A stretch of DNA of 64,000 bases from Harriotta raleighana. Taxonomy: Eukaryota. Position 1 is the first letter of the stretch; the number at the start of each line of letters is the position of its first letter. The position numbers and the translations under genes are program-made. This document shows, in pieces, positions 63,701 through 64,000 of the stretch. Under the pieces are notes generated by a model. The model ran no database searches, was not told the origin of the DNA, and saw only the letters and a program-made list of their open reading frames with translations. The stretch lies in assembly GCA_050575255.1 (NCBI GenBank), contig JBNZDD010013718.1, positions 3,529,098 to 3,593,097 of the forward strand. The letters are read 5' to 3'.

Positions 63701-64000
63701 TGAGCATTAAGGACTGTTACAAAGGCCTGCAAAGAAACAAATAGCTACAAAAATAAAAGTTTGGGTTGCTTTGAGCTAAACAGATTTATGTCCGAAAAGA
63801 ATATATTCGTTTATCAGTTTAATTGAAAGTAAAAAAATGACTGCATACCACAATAGCCAGCTGCATTTAAATATTAACCTCAGACCCTCATCATCAGTGC
63901 TTATCATATCTCTCTTCCACACGGACATAATCTGTCGTGAGTCACGAAGTCCTGGCACGAAGACAGCATTATTTCTGGACTCAGTAAAGGCATGTATTTA

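Noticed and set aside
241-63958. The short ORFs in the six-frame track as host genes
   Set aside because: All are 60-133 aa. Many start at non-ATG codons or run through microsatellites or Ns, and none resembles a known protein except the L2 and Penelope RT relics.
1-64000. CRISPR arrays, tRNA/rRNA genes, operon-like or prokaryotic systems
   Set aside because: I saw no regularly spaced repeats, cloverleafs or long ORFs. The sequence is vertebrate non-coding DNA.

Overview
Eukaryotic, AT-rich, essentially non-coding vertebrate DNA. The repeat content points to a cartilaginous fish, plausibly a chimaera such as Callorhinchus (inference). That content is tRNA-headed Deu-domain SINEs of the SacSINE1/AmnSINE1 type, L2 and CR1 LINE relics, and Penelope-like fragments. 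I recognise no host protein-coding exon, RNA gene or microRNA, and the only recognisable peptides are decayed retroelement reverse transcriptases. The window has two domains. Positions ~1-20,250 are CpG-retaining and repeat-poor, with promoter-like motif clusters, candidate splice donors and complex enhancer-like blocks. Positions ~20,250-64,000 are CpG-depleted and littered with retroelement relics, interspersed with enhancer-like blocks and one small CpG-retaining TATA/CCAAT/octamer island at ~39.5 kb. This looks like the regulatory landscape (5' region, large intron or gene desert) of a developmental gene, which I cannot name from the sequence. The most unusual structures are a ~147-bp, ~92%-identical inverted repeat at 47,840-48,481 and a diverged ~205-bp direct repeat at 31,861/34,720. 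I found no convincing evidence for a novel multi-gene system.
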